Shown: positions 1-15,988, numbered from the stretch's first letter. The stretch: 64,000 bases of DNA from Camelus ferus (GCF_009834535.1 NC_045697.1:66156001-66220000), one strand, 5' to 3'. Numbers and translations: made by a program. The notes: generated by a model from the letters alone, not told the origin.

Positions 1-107
1 TTTTCTCTGTGCACACATCCCTGGTGTAAATTTGGGGTAGGGGGCAATTCAGTTCCTAACAGTTGGTAATGTTTAGCTCTCCTGAGGAGCTCACCTCCTC
101 GATAGCC

Positions 108-690
108 TTTTTTTTTTTAATATGATACTTTAATGATGTATAATTTACTTGAAATAAAATACAGAAATATTCAGCTTAATGACTTTATATGTATATGTAC
201 ACCCGTATGTACATGCCTCTGAGATCAGCATTTCCATCATCCCAGAAAGTTCCGTCATGTTCCTTTTCAGTCATTACCACCACTACTATTCTGATGCCTA
301 TCGCCACAGAATAATTTTTTCTGATTTTGAATTTTATATAAATAGATCCATACAGTATATACTGGTTGATCCTGGTTCATTTTGGTGCATCATAAAGTTA
401 CTATGATTCATCTGTGTTCTTACATCTATCAGCAGTTTGGTGCTTTTTTTTTTCCTTTTTCTTTTTGTGGGGTAGGGGAAGGGAGGCATGTGGTAATTCA
501 TAGTATAAATATGCTGCAATTTGTTTATTCTCCAGTTGATGGCAATTTAGGTTATTTCCAGTGTGTGACTGTTATAATAAAAGTACATCAGCATTCTTAC
601 ACAAGTCTTTTTATGTACATACACTCTCATCTCTTGAATATATTCTTAGGAGTGAAATTGCTAGGTAATAGGTATATATACAACTCCAAG
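108..690 (-). mobile_element. Old L1 (L1M-type) 3' fragment
   Basis: Poly-T followed by degenerate antisense L1 3' sequence (tttattctccagttgatggcaatttaggttatttccag...ggagtgaaattgctagg). Boundaries approximate. Confidence 0.6.
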
Positions 691-1030
691 TAGTCATTGG
701 AACATCATTCTCTATCCATCCAGTACGTATTAAACTTTGGTTTATATTAACAGTTATATCCTTTTATGCAAGCAGAGGTCATCCATATTAATGTGTATCA
801 CATATTAACTAGCAGTTGAGATACATCCTACTCATTAAACTAAATTGTAGTCTCATCTGGAGATTATGATATGTTTTATGTGTTACTGAGAACTAAGAAC
901 ATGGTAGAAATTCTCAGTTGTATTATGAGGAATCATAATAAAACCAGAAATATTCTTTTTTCTTTAATTTTTCCAGTATTTATTTGGGTTTTTTATTTGT
1001 TTCAAAATTTAATATATTTTAAACTTTTAA

Positions 1031-1171
<141 letters not shown>

Positions 1172-1826
1172 TAAGTGTTTTATATTGGGAGAAGAAAAAC
1201 TGTGTGTATGTGCAGTTTCTTAGTTTGGGGAGGTGAATATCAAGTTCTGTGGTCTCCTTACACTTCTCCCCCCTTTGTGAATGTATATGTGTGTGTGATT
1301 GTACTGGATAGTCTTTTTAAAGAAAATAACTCCAGTATAAGTCAATTTATACAGCTTATAAGTTATTATAGATCAAATACCCTTTGATAAGATCATTTGT
1401 TTTATAATATTTTAAAATTATTTTAAAATTATTTAATTTAATTTCAGATAAATTAAATGTTTTTAAATTTATAATTAAACATTTATTGAGAAAGTATGCA
1501 GTTCATATCCACTTAGATTACTGTTTCATTCTTGCTTGATCGGAGTAAGAGAATGTTTGTACGTATGAACATAACCAAAAAAGAAATCACTTTTTAAGTT
1601 AGAAATTAATAATCAACTATAAATAGAATATTTGGCCCTCTGCTCTTCATTGATTTCTCAAAATCTCAAAGTCATTTTAATCATCAGGAATAAAATTGTG
1701 AAGGGTCTGTGATTTTTAAAAAACATTTTGTATTATTTAATAAAAGAAAATTTCTTGATAGAACTTGTCAAACTTTAGTGTTCATTTCATTACACACATA
1801 TACCCTGTTGTAGCAGATGCGAGTAA

Positions 1827-1952
<126 letters not shown>

Positions 1953-2012
1953 TAACATACAGTAAAGTACAATAAATACAATCAATACGTGTGTATCATT
2001 TTTAAATTCTAG

Positions 2013-2088
2013 GTTCTCAAGAAGAACGTAAACAGATTAGATATAACATTCATAGTAAATATGAAGAATATAATGTAATTGTGACCAC
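2013..2088 (+). CDS. SMARCAD1: SMARCAD1 coding exon (GSQEERKQIRYNIHSKYEEYNVIVTT)
   Basis: ttctag| and |gtaagt; 76 bp; in phase. Confidence 0.97.
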
Positions 2089-2754
2089 GTAAGTATTAAA
2101 AAAAATTATGTTTAGAAATATTAGTAGTAAAATGAAGAAAAGTATATGCTAAGAACTATGCAACAAAAGTAATGGAATGACTTATGTTGAAGATTCAGGA
2201 TTTTTCAGTTTGGTGTATAATTACTATGATAGCAGTTTTTTTGCTAGTTCTGTAAGAGATCATGATTAAAAGATTTCATCCAAAATTCATCTTTTCTTAA
2301 TAAAGTGGACTCCATTTTCATATATAGATAGTCTTCTACTGCCGGCTGCTCTTAACTATTATTTCTTGGATTCACTCTACTAGTTTAATGCAGTGATATT
2401 ATAGTCTTAACAGAAATATCTTAGCTTCGTGTCCTTTTTTTCCGTGCTTCTTAAAATAACAACAGTTCATAAATTGGCAAAGTGTATAACACTTGCAGAT
2501 TACATATAAATTATACCCAAACTGGCCTCTTCCTAGATGTGTAGAAGTTGTCTAATTACATTATAACATATAAATTGTCTTTTAACTATAAATTGCCACT
2601 TTTGTAACCTAATTACATGTATATCAATAATTACTGGCTATAAGTACATCATTATTTCTTTGAATACCAACTGTGTCTAGTGGTATCTTTTAGGTAGTGG
2701 CTATTAGAAGTTTATCAGTAAAAATAATTTTAGAAAATATTACATCTCACCTGA

Positions 2755-2973
<219 letters not shown>

Positions 2974-3020
2974 TGATGAAATTTTGAATTATGTATTTCA
3001 ATGTATATACTACTTTATAT

Positions 3021-3190
3021 CAGGGAACAGCAAACTTTTTCTGTAAAGGACCAGATAAGTGAACAGTTCATGCTTTGTGGCCATTCAGCTATTGTCACTT
3101 CTTCTTTTCTTTCTCTCTTTTCTTTTTTTAACAACCTTTAAAAATTTAAAAGCCGTTCTCAGTTCATGAGCTTCAACTTGCCGACCTTTG
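3021..3190. mobile_element. MER58-family hAT MITE
   Basis: Ends cagggaacagcaaactttttctgtaaagg and ttgccgacctttg resemble MER58 terminal inverted repeats. Confidence 0.65.
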
Positions 3191-3455
3191 TTCTATAAGA
3201 TAAAGTTTATGAATACAGATACAATCTATCTTCTTTCATTACTTCATAAAAGTAATATGAGAACATCAGTTATCTACTTATAAAATGAGAGTATTAGTTT
3301 TACACATTGTACCTTAAAGTACATGGATGATAATTTTTATAAATTACTTACCTTTCAACAGAATGTTACATTACTAATAATAGTTTTAATTTCTTTTTCT
3401 CCTCACTGAGTGGTATAGACAAGAAGGATGTGGCTCTTAAAAAAAAAACCACTAA

Positions 3456-3719
<264 letters not shown>

Positions 3720-4830
3720 TGAAATAACTTTTAAGTAGTTGATATCCCTATACTTGGATGAGTTGGGAAGTCATCTGAAATACAATGGGAACTAAATAGG
3801 TGACTTCTATAATCAGTGTCTAAAAGTTTTGGTTTTTATTATTCTAATTTTTTGAAGAATGACAATTTTAAATTATTGGATGGCTCAGATATATAATATG
3901 TGGGGAAAGTTTGATTACTATGTCTTCATTAAAAATCAGCATTTCTTTATAGGTAAACTATAGAACTGGGCAAAAGTAGAATATCTAGAAGATTCCTATA
4001 TTAGGAAATATATTTTGAAATAAAACTCTGTAAATACAAAAGTAACAATTTTTGAAAGTCACGGTAAAGAAATACTCTTTAGAAGAAAATCTGATTAATA
4101 TTCTCCCTATTGCTTAGAAAAAGTAGTCTTCAAGAACTCTCAAATTTTCCTTATAGCATTGTTTATTAGATTCTTACTCTCTCTCTCAAATCACATGTGT
4201 TTTACAAGAATTCTATGTGATAATCTTCCACTGCAAACTAACTGCCTCTCTAATTTCTCACTAACACATTCCCTCCCGCTTGATGGTCTAGCAGATCATA
4301 GCGTATGGCGGACTCCTTTACATCACAGAATAAAATTTCACTTCTCCAAAATAACAGGAACTGTCACATTTCTTGAGATGATATGATTTGCATCACCTGC
4401 ACTAGCTTTCTTTTCGGGCCATTTTCAACACATAAACACAAGTTTTTTACTGTCTGTCTCTCTCTTCCTCCTTTCCTCTCTCTTCCCCTTCACCCCTACC
4501 TGCTTAAACACACACCTTTTTTTCATGAAGGTTATCTATGTAATCAGTAACGACTTATCAGCTTATTACTTCTGAACACCATCCTAGTTCAGTTTAATTT
4601 CATTACCTATGCAGAGTTCACAATTACATGTCACAAAGCCTCAAAATAAATATGAAGCTTTAAGAAGTAGATTATAGCCCAGAATTCAAATATGAAGTTT
4701 CATCTCGAATGAAATTGAGTTTCTGTGGGAAATAACTACAGATGGTAGTGAGGGAGATTTTCAGGTTGTGTAATGTTATTGTGATCATTTAAATGAATAA
4801 TTTAAAAGGACATGTTCTTATTTTACTTAG

Positions 4831-5150
<320 letters not shown>

Positions 5151-5272
5151 TGATTTTCACGATTTTATGTGAAAAAATAATCCTGTACTGGGGCTGCATT
5201 TTGTTTACTTATATGATAGTGAGATTTGCTCATTTTTTTAAGTTAGTTGGAATTTGAAGAAATAATTATTAA

Positions 5273-5524
<252 letters not shown>

Positions 5525-5685
5525 TAACAGTGTTAAACATGAGGTTCATTGTCAGTCTAAAAATCAGACTGTTGAACCTAATGAGCATATTAACCCTTTA
5601 ACCACATATTAAGGAAAACATTTTTAAGACAAAGCTCAAAATAATTTTGGAGACATAAGAGCCAATGAGGAGTGACAGTCTACCT

Positions 5686-5879
5686 CAGGAGCAATAGAAC
5701 AGTGGCTGTTTTTCCAAGTAAAGTTTTTTTCTAACATGGCCACGCCCTTTTGTTTCTGTATTGACTGCTTTCTCAATATAAAGGCAGAGTTGTGTAGCTG
5801 TAAAACAGATCATTTTTGCTTACAGAGCCTAAAAATATTTGCTAAATGGCCCTTCACAGAAAAAGTTTGCCAGCTTCTG
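5686..5879 (+). mobile_element. MER58A hAT MITE
   Basis: Body and end (gcctaaaaatatttgctaaatggcccttcacagaaaaagtttgccagcttctg) match the recalled MER58A consensus. Confidence 0.75.
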
Positions 5880-6440
5880 ATCTAGACTTCTATAGAGCAC
5901 TTCATTTATTTATTTTTCACCCAAAAGATCCTTCAGAATATATGTCCTGGGTAGTGAGTCATTTTTCTCCATTTTTTTTTTAATTTTGTTTCTTCTTTAT
6001 TGAATTTTGTCAGTAGTCTTAGCCGTTACCCTCTATTTTTGTCTCATTCTCCCATAGCACCTGCTTGTATTTCTCCTTATAGATCTTTGTGTTTAAAGCA
6101 ACCATTTGCTTTGTAAATGTTTTTTAAAACTTACAGAGATTTTCAGACATATATAAGTAGGGAGAATTGTATAATGAAATTTTCTGCCCGCATAACCTTC
6201 ACCCCTTTTCTACAGTTATCATCTGCAATGTTACTGCTCTTGTTTCATCTAGAACTCTCCCCAGAACAATTTTGGATCAAATGTTAGACATTATTTCATC
6301 TGTAAATTTTTCAGTATGTTATTTCTAAGACAATAAGAACTCCCCTCCCCTTTATTGTACCTAAAAAATAAATATTAATTTCCTTTGCTGTATCTGTTGC
6401 ACTAAAATATTTTATGATTGAGATAGTTTATCAGATGTGA

Positions 6441-6761
<321 letters not shown>

Positions 6762-7258
6762 TAAAACAGTTCTGGCATGATTTGATTTTCTTAAAGCTTT
6801 AGTCTATGTCTGTTCTACAGTCTTATAGAAACTAGCATTTTGAGCATTTTTTGGATATATTTGGGCATATTTCCTGAATACTTTTCCTCCATTTAATAGA
6901 ATTTAGTAGAATACATCTATATTGATGTTTTTAAAAAATAATCTTGTCAATATTTCATAGGTGACAATCTGTATTACTTCAAAATTAGTATTTGAAGATA
7001 CTTTGTAAAGTAAACTAATACTACAACTTATATGTGAATTAGCTTAAATTTGTAAGATCACAATCCAAATAGTACTGTTTGTAGCTATTCCCAAATATTC
7101 TAAAAAATCAAAACTGAAAATTAAATTTTAGGTCTGAAGTTTAGAAGATAATTTACTTATATATAATCTAAAATAAGAAATTTATTTTAGCTATGATTAC
7201 TTGATTTTTTTAAATTAAAGAAGCAATTTTTCATTAGATAACTTTTTAATGTATCTAA

Positions 7259-7462
<204 letters not shown>

Positions 7463-8271
7463 TAGAGTTTTAAATGTCTAGAGTATTTGATAGAATTGTA
7501 TTGCTTTGAGTCTTATGTTTGGTTATTTTAAGTTATTCATTACCTTAAGATGAGAAAACTTTAATTTTCATCTGAATTACATACAAATATATTTTGAAAC
7601 AGCTGCTAAAATTATATGTATATCAATGTTTTCCCCTTTAAAAATCATTCTAAGTCTAAAGCATTTTATCTTTCAACCAAGATTATTTTAAAATCTTGGG
7701 CTTTTTATATTTTAAGGGTAATTGAATAAGTTTAGGTTTTTTTGTTTTTTTTTTAATCCCCAAAGGTTAAAAAGATTGGGGGGTGGGGGAGGAATGCTTT
7801 TTTTAGTATGTTTAAACTGCATTATATCTTTGGTTTTTTTTTTTATCAGCCAGAGTAAAATTTTTTTCCTGCATTAAAATAAGAATAGAAGTCATGCTAA
7901 AGATTATACACCAATATAGTTTGACACTGAGATTCTTAGTTCATCAGGTACATTGTCTATGAGTTGTAGCTGATAGACTCTGAAAAGGTTAAGATTCAAA
8001 AGCCATATGCAGACTTTAGAAAAGCCAGAAGTCACTAAACAAAGTACAAAATAGTTCTTTAGGGATTAATCAAATCTGAATAGTTAAAAGTAAGAATCAA
8101 TAGGGAGATAAATGGTATAGAAAAAAGTTGGTGAATTGGGTAGGTCTTTTCAATAAAACAGCTGCAGGAAAAATAAATAATGCCATGAGCATGTATTTAC
8201 ATCTTCAAGTTTATTTTCCATGTGATGTGATTGTTTTCAGTTTTAATTATATACCTTTTTGTGAGATTTAA

Positions 8272-8475
<204 letters not shown>

Positions 8476-8504
8476 TAAGTATTTGCAGTTGAAATTCTTT
8501 TTTA

Positions 8505-8662
8505 TTGTTTTTGTTTTGGGGTTGGGGGGTAATTAGGTTTCTTTATGTATTTTTTTAATCAATTTTTTATTTTATTTTATTTTTTAGTGGAGGTACTAAG
8601 GCATTGAACCCAGAACCTTGTGCATGCTAAGCATGCACTCTACTGCTGAGCTGTACTCTCCC
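8505..8662 (-). mobile_element. tRNA-derived SINE (camelid Vic-1-like)
   Basis: Antisense tRNA-like head with B-box (gggttcaat); diverged TSD ttgaaattctttttta (8489-8504) and ttgacatacattttta (8663-8678). Sits 30 bp from the exon donor. Confidence 0.85.
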
Positions 8663-9593
8663 TTGACATACATTTTTAATCGAATGCCAGTTTAATTTGC
8701 ATAGAATATTGGAATATGGTCTGTCAGATAATCCTGCCCTTAGGTTTTATATTTTCAGCAAAACATGGCTTCTACTGTATTTTATACCAATGGTGTTGAA
8801 TATGAACCCCACTAAGTAACCTGTTCAAATTCTAGTAATTAAAACAAAATAACCTCCCACCTCCCAGTCCAAATAGTTCTGCAGCTGGTGAAAATGAAAT
8901 ATTACCAATGGTGCAGCCCCTTTGAAAAGGATTAGAAATTGAAAAAACTTGCTTGTTAGACCATGTAAGACCCAAATAGACTTGGTAATAATGCATACTA
9001 TTGTTACCTTGTTACCTTTAGGATTATGTGAGTTATAGATAGTTTAGGTGAAGGTTAAATTAGACATTGGTCACAAGACATTAAAAGGTGACAATACCTA
9101 TAATTCAGCTCTTATTTTCACATGTAAGCAGACAACCAGTGTTTTCTTCGTAGAGTATTTTACTGTATTTCCAAAAGACATTGATATGTTATTTATAAAC
9201 CAAATGTTTATCAGTACTTATTGTGGAACTAAAACCTTCCATGTAATCTGTATACTTTTCTACACCTTCTTTTTGTACTAAATTATTTCATGGAACTTGA
9301 TAAGCAAAGCATATTCCTTTTTAAAATGGAATACCTACCTGAACCCCAAACTGTTTGTTGTAATACAATTTTACCAGTAATTTTTAAAGACTAAATATCT
9401 TTTTCTCATCTCTTGCATCAATAGGAAAGGATATTTTAAAGTGATGTACTCAGAAAATGTCAATCTCAAGTAGTTTGAATGAAAAGAGAATTTAAATTTA
9501 TAGATATAGTTGTTATACAATTTTCAAATTATTCTTATTGGTGATGAATGTAGTTTATATATATCAAATAATTTTTTATTAAGTAACCAATGA

Positions 9594-9779
<186 letters not shown>

Positions 9780-10249
9780 TAGCAAAGGGATAATAACAAG
9801 GGTGGTCTTAGTCCTCAACTGGCCTGCAATTTAATAGCACAGAAGAGGATAGGCATACTTATTTCAAATGTGCTACAATAACTAAGTTCATTTTGCCACA
9901 ACTGACATAAATAGTTTGATTTTGAAAATGTCTGTCTCTTCCATTCCTTATCTCTGACATAAAAACACCCCAGAAATTAAAATTGGATCTGTAACTTTAT
10001 CCACAATTTTATGATGTACTTGCTATATAAGTAGTATTTATGAATCCAAAGATTTAAAATACATGGCATAATATTAACTTACTAAGAACTCTTTAACATT
10101 TACATTAATTTCATTTCGACTAGCAATTAATTGTGCCAGAGTGTAATAAAATGCATTTATTCAAAAATTTCGTAATTTCAGATTGAAGCAGTTGGGTACT
10201 AACAAGAAAGAACCATCAAGTGAAGGAACTCTTTCCACTCCATGTTTTT

Positions 10250-10396
10250 TTTCCTTTTTTTTTTCTTTTTTTTAAGCTTTTGGTGGGGGGTAATTAGGTT
10301 TATCTTTTTTTTTTTTTTAATGGAAGTACTGGGGATTGAACCCAGGACCTCTTGCATGCTACGCTCGTGCTCTACCACTGAGCTGTACCCTTCCCC
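10250..10396 (-). mobile_element. tRNA-derived SINE (Vic-1-like)
   Basis: Antisense ggggaagggtacagctcagtggtagagc...gggttcaatccccagtac; TSD actccat(g/c)ttttt at 10237 and 10398. Confidence 0.9.
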
Positions 10397-11402
10397 AACT
10401 CCATCTTTTTGAAGAGAGTAATTTTTAAAGTATTAAAAGTTAAATTTTTTTATTTAAATATTTTTGAAAAGATAATATGTTCATATAGTTCAAAATTCCT
10501 AAGATACAAAAAGGCAAACAAAATCCCCCTTCCCACGCTATTACCTGGCTTCCCCATAAAAGTGACACATTAGGGTTTTTTTCAGTGTGTGACCAGTTAT
10601 TTTATGCAGATGAAAGTAAGTATATGTATTCTTTCTCTGTTTTACACAAGTTAACATGCAGTCTTCTTCATCTTGCTTTTTTATTTAATATTAAATTGGG
10701 ATTTCAATTTAAAATTGAATCTGTTTTCAAGTCTGTGGACAAACTTGGAGGCAAGCATGTCAGTGAATTCCCTGAGAATTTTTGCAGTATGTGTTCCTAT
10801 GCATGCTTTTTACTGAAAGGAAAAGAGTAGATGAAAGTAGCCTCACAAGTTTAGTTTATAACTGAGGTCTGTGTGTGTGAACGAAAGAGAGAGGGAGAGA
10901 GACACCTGGATAAGTGTCTAGATTCTGGGGTCTCATTTAACTGGGAAAGAAAAAAAGAGTCAATGATTGTATCTTTGGACTGAAAATAAGGGTGTAGGTG
11001 AAATGATTTCTGTTTGGTTGGAACGAAGGAGTTTTGTTGTCTTCATTGTCACTATTCAGTTTGTTACATGAATGTTTTTATTTAGCGAACCTGAGGAGTA
11101 AACGTGTGCTGTATGACTAGGATATGATCCAGACGGTCTAGATCTGCGTATCTCTGTGTATCTGTGTATCAGATCAGCGGCATAACCTGTAGGTGCTGTG
11201 CTGGCAGTGTAAAGATGAGCTCGAGGGACGTAACCCTAATACAGATAGGGATTTGGGAAGGGTTTTAGCAGGAAGTGACACTGAATCACACTGGGCCTTG
11301 AAAGCTGATTAAGAATTCACAAAAGTAGGGAAAATTTGAGAGAAAAAAATTATTTCATAAGATATTTCTATCAAACTTTTGACACCACTTTCTGACCTGC
11401 AG

Positions 11403-11464
11403 GTGACGAAGGGAGTATGCCAGCAGATATAGCCACATTACTAAAAACGTCAATGGGCCTGTGA
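11403..11464 (+). CDS. SMARCAD1: SMARCAD1 last coding exon (GDEGSMPADIATLLKTSMGL*)
   Basis: ctgcag| acceptor; TGA at 11462-11464; matches the known C-terminus. Confidence 0.97.
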
Positions 11465-12760
11465 AATAAAGAATTGTTAAATCCTAACTGATGAGGAAAT
11501 ACCAACTTGGTGCACTCAAGGACATTTACATTATGATGACCGTGGGGTTTATGAACATTTATAACTTTTTATAAATTCCATATTACATTTCTCATAGTAT
11601 GGACAACTTTTTTGCCACTAACTGAATTCTTCAGATGCTTACATGTGAAATTAAAAAAAAAAAAAGGCCACAAATAGGTAGTCCTGAAGATGTTGAATAA
11701 TCATTTTACAAAAAAAACAGTTTTCTGAATGGGGATTAGTTGGTGACTGTTTGTAACAAATATGCTAATGCTTTAGAAATGTCAGTATTTTTGTAATTAT
11801 TTCTACCTCCAAATATATATATATATATTGTCTTTCACTGGATAATGTGTGTAGATTTTTACATGTGCCTTATTTGACAATGCTTATGTCTTGTTTTTGC
11901 TTGTCTCATTTGAAGTTTTTTTTATTATGTTTAAGGATGCAGCTGTATAGATTATATAGCTTTCATTTTATTGCTATTTGAAACAGATGTTCACCACTGT
12001 CAACAAGAACTCAACCTGAATTTAAGGTGGCATTCCATATACTAACACCCCCAGGTCCTCCCAAGTACTTCTGTTAGAACGAATTTGTTTGGGTAGGCAC
12101 TAAGTTGTTTTCCAGTGAATAGTAAGTAATTAAAGAAGCCTTTATCTTGCTCAATGGATTAATTCCTTCTGTTCATTTCCCAACTGCACTAACTGTGCTT
12201 ATTACTCTGCCTATTCTTGTGCATGTTTTCATTGATTTCCCTCTCCTGGCTTTTGCTTCTCTTGAAACTGTTGCCCAGTCATTTTTGCTCCAGTTCTCTT
12301 TACTCTCTAAACAGTATATTCCTGCCACGTCTCCAACAGCAGCAAAATGTTTGTGACTTTTTTCTAACCTGGCAGAACAGATTAACAAGCTGTTTCACTT
12401 CAAAGCAGACTGAATGTGACTTCGTATTAAGGCAGCATTAGGTACTGCATGGAAATAGATCATTAACTTTAAATTCTTATCAAAATATAATTTACCAGTT
12501 TCCAGAGTTTCCAGTACAGGACCTCCTAAAGAGAGAGCCATTGTTCAATTCCAATTCAGTGTGGGTGACAAAGTGAAATTTAGAAGTAAAGTTGTCTACT
12601 TAATACTTAACTCTTTATTAAATCTTTCTTTAAATTTTTGCCTGTCAGTCTATATTGCTGTTTTTATTATACATCAGTTTCTTTGTATAACTTGTGAGTT
12701 TCATGTGTTTTGTTTTATTATGTAAATATCATTATAAATAAACTTATTTATAAATCAAAG
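11465..12760 (+). other. SMARCAD1: SMARCAD1 3' UTR
   Basis: Repeat-free AU-rich stretch ending at AATAAA 12737-12742; cleavage site approximate. Confidence 0.8.
12737..12742 (+). terminator. SMARCAD1 polyadenylation signal AATAAA
   Basis: Canonical hexamer with upstream TGTA elements and a downstream U/GU-rich tract. Confidence 0.8.
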
Positions 12761-13443
12761 ATTTGTTAATTGTTAGAGATTATACTTTCAAGGCATCTTG
12801 ACTTCTTGAGTTTCTAAGGTAATATAATCCTCTGGCATTAGAAGGTTAGTGAAGCTCTCTTACAGTGTTTCTTCAGATATTATAGACTCTGAAAACTCAC
12901 AACTCAGTAGACTTACCAATTTTGAAAATATACTGAACATACTGGTTCTCCCAGTAATGCTCTATTATGTTTTGGGCTTAATAAAAATATTTGTGATCAT
13001 AAGTTGTATTTTCACACCCGTTTTTAATAGTTTCTAACCCTCCCTCCCTTTACCCTTAAAAATACATTATATTGAATACAGATGAGATGATATTGTGTGC
13101 TTAATATCATCCGTTTCTCAGTAAACTGGAACTTAATAGTTTGGATGTGTTCTCATTAGTCCCTTTATTGGACTGATGTCTCTAAACATCACAATAATCC
13201 ATTATCAGTAAAGAGAGCATATGAAGCCACAGTTGTTGGAGTAATATCTTGGCCAACTGAAGCAACTTTTATTTTTTAATACAAGTCACACAGAGACAGA
13301 GGACATATGTGTTTTTATAACTGTATTCCTGACCCTGTAGACTTGTAACTTTATACTAGTAGGTATCTATGTTGAAACATTAATGTTGTTCCTAGTTGTT
13401 GGTGTTATTGTGTAGTGGTTAGATAGGAATATTAGGAGATTGG

Positions 13444-13505
13444 ATTATATTATATTATATTATATTATGTATTATAATATATATTATATTACATTACATT
13501 ATATT
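13444..13505. repeat. (ATATT)n low-complexity repeat
   Basis: Seen directly. Confidence 0.85.
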
Positions 13506-14537
13506 GGATAATGTGACATTAAGCAAAAGACACTTAAATGGTCCATAAAATTTAAAAATTGATTCTTTTAACTCTTCTTAAAGGTACTTTTTTTTCCTGA
13601 TTGTAAGTATAATATGCAATTCAACTTCTCTGATTTATTCATTCTCTCTCACACCTGCTTACTTGCTCATCGAGGGGATATTAAATTTAGGTACAGGATA
13701 GGGTAATGGAGTGTGTTGTTCTTCAGTGGAAAAAGATGACCTGAAAGTTATGATGATGCTATGATTGAAATATTTCCTTATGAAACCTGCTGTGGTTGCA
13801 TTTTATATTTGAATTAGGATTTGTGTAAACAAGCGGGAATGATTATCTTATTTTTATAATTTAAATAAGCATTTAATTATTCACTGTTACTAAATTCTAT
13901 TTTCATTAAGGCTTGCCAGAATGTAATTATGTGGAGGAAAAAGAACATGCATAAGAGGGAAGAAATGTTTCTACCTCATTATCTAGCGTATTATTTGAAT
14001 TTATTTTGTGAAAGGTAATTTTTTCTTTAGTTGTCTTGATGACAGATTGAGTACTTTGCAGTGAGAGTCGCTTACAACTGATCAACATTTATTAACAGCC
14101 ATTAATGATAAGAAAATTAATCCAAAGAAGTAAGGTACTTGGGAAATACATTTTGTTTTTGTGTGTAATCCTTAATAATGTATAAGGTATTTAACATTTT
14201 TTTCCAAATTTCATAGAGCATTGTTGGGAGGAACTAAAACACCTTAAACAAGATCATACTTATATGGACTTTCCTTTTTCTTTCCTTTCTCCTCTCCCAC
14301 ACTCTCTCCCCATTTTTGGCTTCTCAACTACATTCTCCTTCTGCTCTGCATTTCATGTAGAAGATCATCTATTTTATTAATCTGTTTCCTGATATGATAT
14401 ACTAAGATTAGACAGTTCAATATTAGTAATATTAACATAAACTGAACTAAAATTTGATGTTCCAATGTAATTATGTTTTAAAATAGGTTGAGGGTAATCT
14501 AACTAAATATTATTCCTGTTCAAATGACTTGTTTATA

Positions 14538-15741
14538 CAGGCAGTTCTTGCTTTCCACAGTAGACCAGGACTGTAAAAATGAGTGCAAGTTGAAATTGTG
14601 CAAAATAATAATAATCATTGGGGAAAATGATTGTTCAGTGACCTTTAAAATTTAATCAGCACATATAAAATGTCAGTTATAAATGTGTAAGTAAATGAAC
14701 AAAGTAGTAAAAACCAATACTCAGTACACTGTGAAATATTAGAAACATTGAAGAGATATCATTTTTGTAAAAAATTAATCAAAAGTAGTTTGAACAGTAC
14801 CTTCTTGTTGTAAAACTAGCAAGTTAGCCTTTTTTTTTTCATATCTTAACAAATGTCATAATCCTAAATTTGGATCAGCTTCCAACATTTTATTACTCTT
14901 TTAATGTTGTGAAATATCTCTGTTCTTTTTCTTTTTAAGTAGACTTTACTTTTTAGAGGAGTTTTAGGTTCACAGCAAATTCAGCACAAAGTACAGAGTT
15001 CCCATGTACCCCTGCCCCCGTGCAGAGATACAGCTTCCCCCACTATCAGCATTGCACACAGAATGGCACATTTGATATGATCAGTGAACCCACATTGTCA
15101 ATCATCGAAATCCATAGTTTACATTAGGGTTCACTCTTGGTGTTGCACATTTTATGGGTTTGACAAATGAATCCATTACAGTATCATACAGAATGGTTTT
15201 ATTGCACTAAAATTTCTCAATACCTATTCATCACTTCCCCTAAGCCCCTGGCAGCCACTGATCTTTTTACTGTTTCTGTAGTTTTGCGTTTACCAGAATG
15301 TTAGTATAGCTGAAATCATGCAGCCTTTTCATATTGGCTTCTTTCACTTGGTAATATTCATTCAAGTTCCCTCCATGTCTTTTCATGGCTTGATAACTTT
15401 TTCAATTATCCACTTTTGTAAAGTGTCAAGTGGGTTTTTCACTGAGAAGCAAGCAGTTTAACTACACACTTTGCTGACTGTGTGTGAATGACAGATGTGC
15501 AGTGACCAAGACTACCAAACTCTGAAAGAAGTGACGTGATTGGTTGTGATATACATCTGTTATTTACATAGTGATTTGTGGACTGAAGAGCTAGAAGCAA
15601 AATTTATACTTTATGTGTTAGTCACAGTTATGCTATACTAACTGAAGTACAAACCATTTGGGGGAGAAAATGTGTTATGTAACTAAACCATTGTGACTGA
15701 GATGCATGCATGTCAGAGCAGCACAAAGCAAGGCCTGCCAG
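14538..15741 (-). mobile_element. Tigger (Tigger13a-like) DNA transposon interrupted by an L1 fragment
   Basis: TA|CAGGCAGTTCTTGCTTT ... AAAGCAAGGCCTGCCAG|TA gives terminal inverted repeats and a TA TSD; internal sequence resembles recalled Tigger13a. Confidence 0.8.
14923..15395 (-). mobile_element. L1MA/MB-type 3' end nested in the Tigger
   Basis: T-tail then agactttactttttagaggagttttaggttcacagcaaa...tacattagggttcactcttggtgttg, a typical antisense L1 3' UTR. Confidence 0.8.
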
Positions 15742-15834
15742 TATTGTAAACTATTTTTCCTCAGTTATAAATGACTTGAAGCTATTCTGAAAAAAAAGGT
15801 GCCAGAAACAAAACTCTTGGTTTCCTCTTCCTTT

Positions 15835-15840
15835 TTTATT
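15835..15840 (-). terminator. Probable HPGDS polyadenylation signal AATAAA
   Basis: TTTATT on + about 150 nt downstream of the HPGDS stop; more distal sites are possible. Confidence 0.6.
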
Positions 15841-15988
15841 TTGTTTTTATAAGTAGAATATGCAAAAGTCAAAACCTTGATGGAACTGGGGAGGGAAGTG
15901 TGTAGATTATGTGGCACGTTGATGTAGCTTATCATCTTTTGGGAGTGATGCTGTGAAGAATAATGAAGTTGGAGTCAGCAGGCATCAC

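Noticed and set aside
11125..11147. Short imperfect hairpin gatccagacggtctagatc
   Set aside because: Too short for a miRNA or snoRNA and expected by chance.
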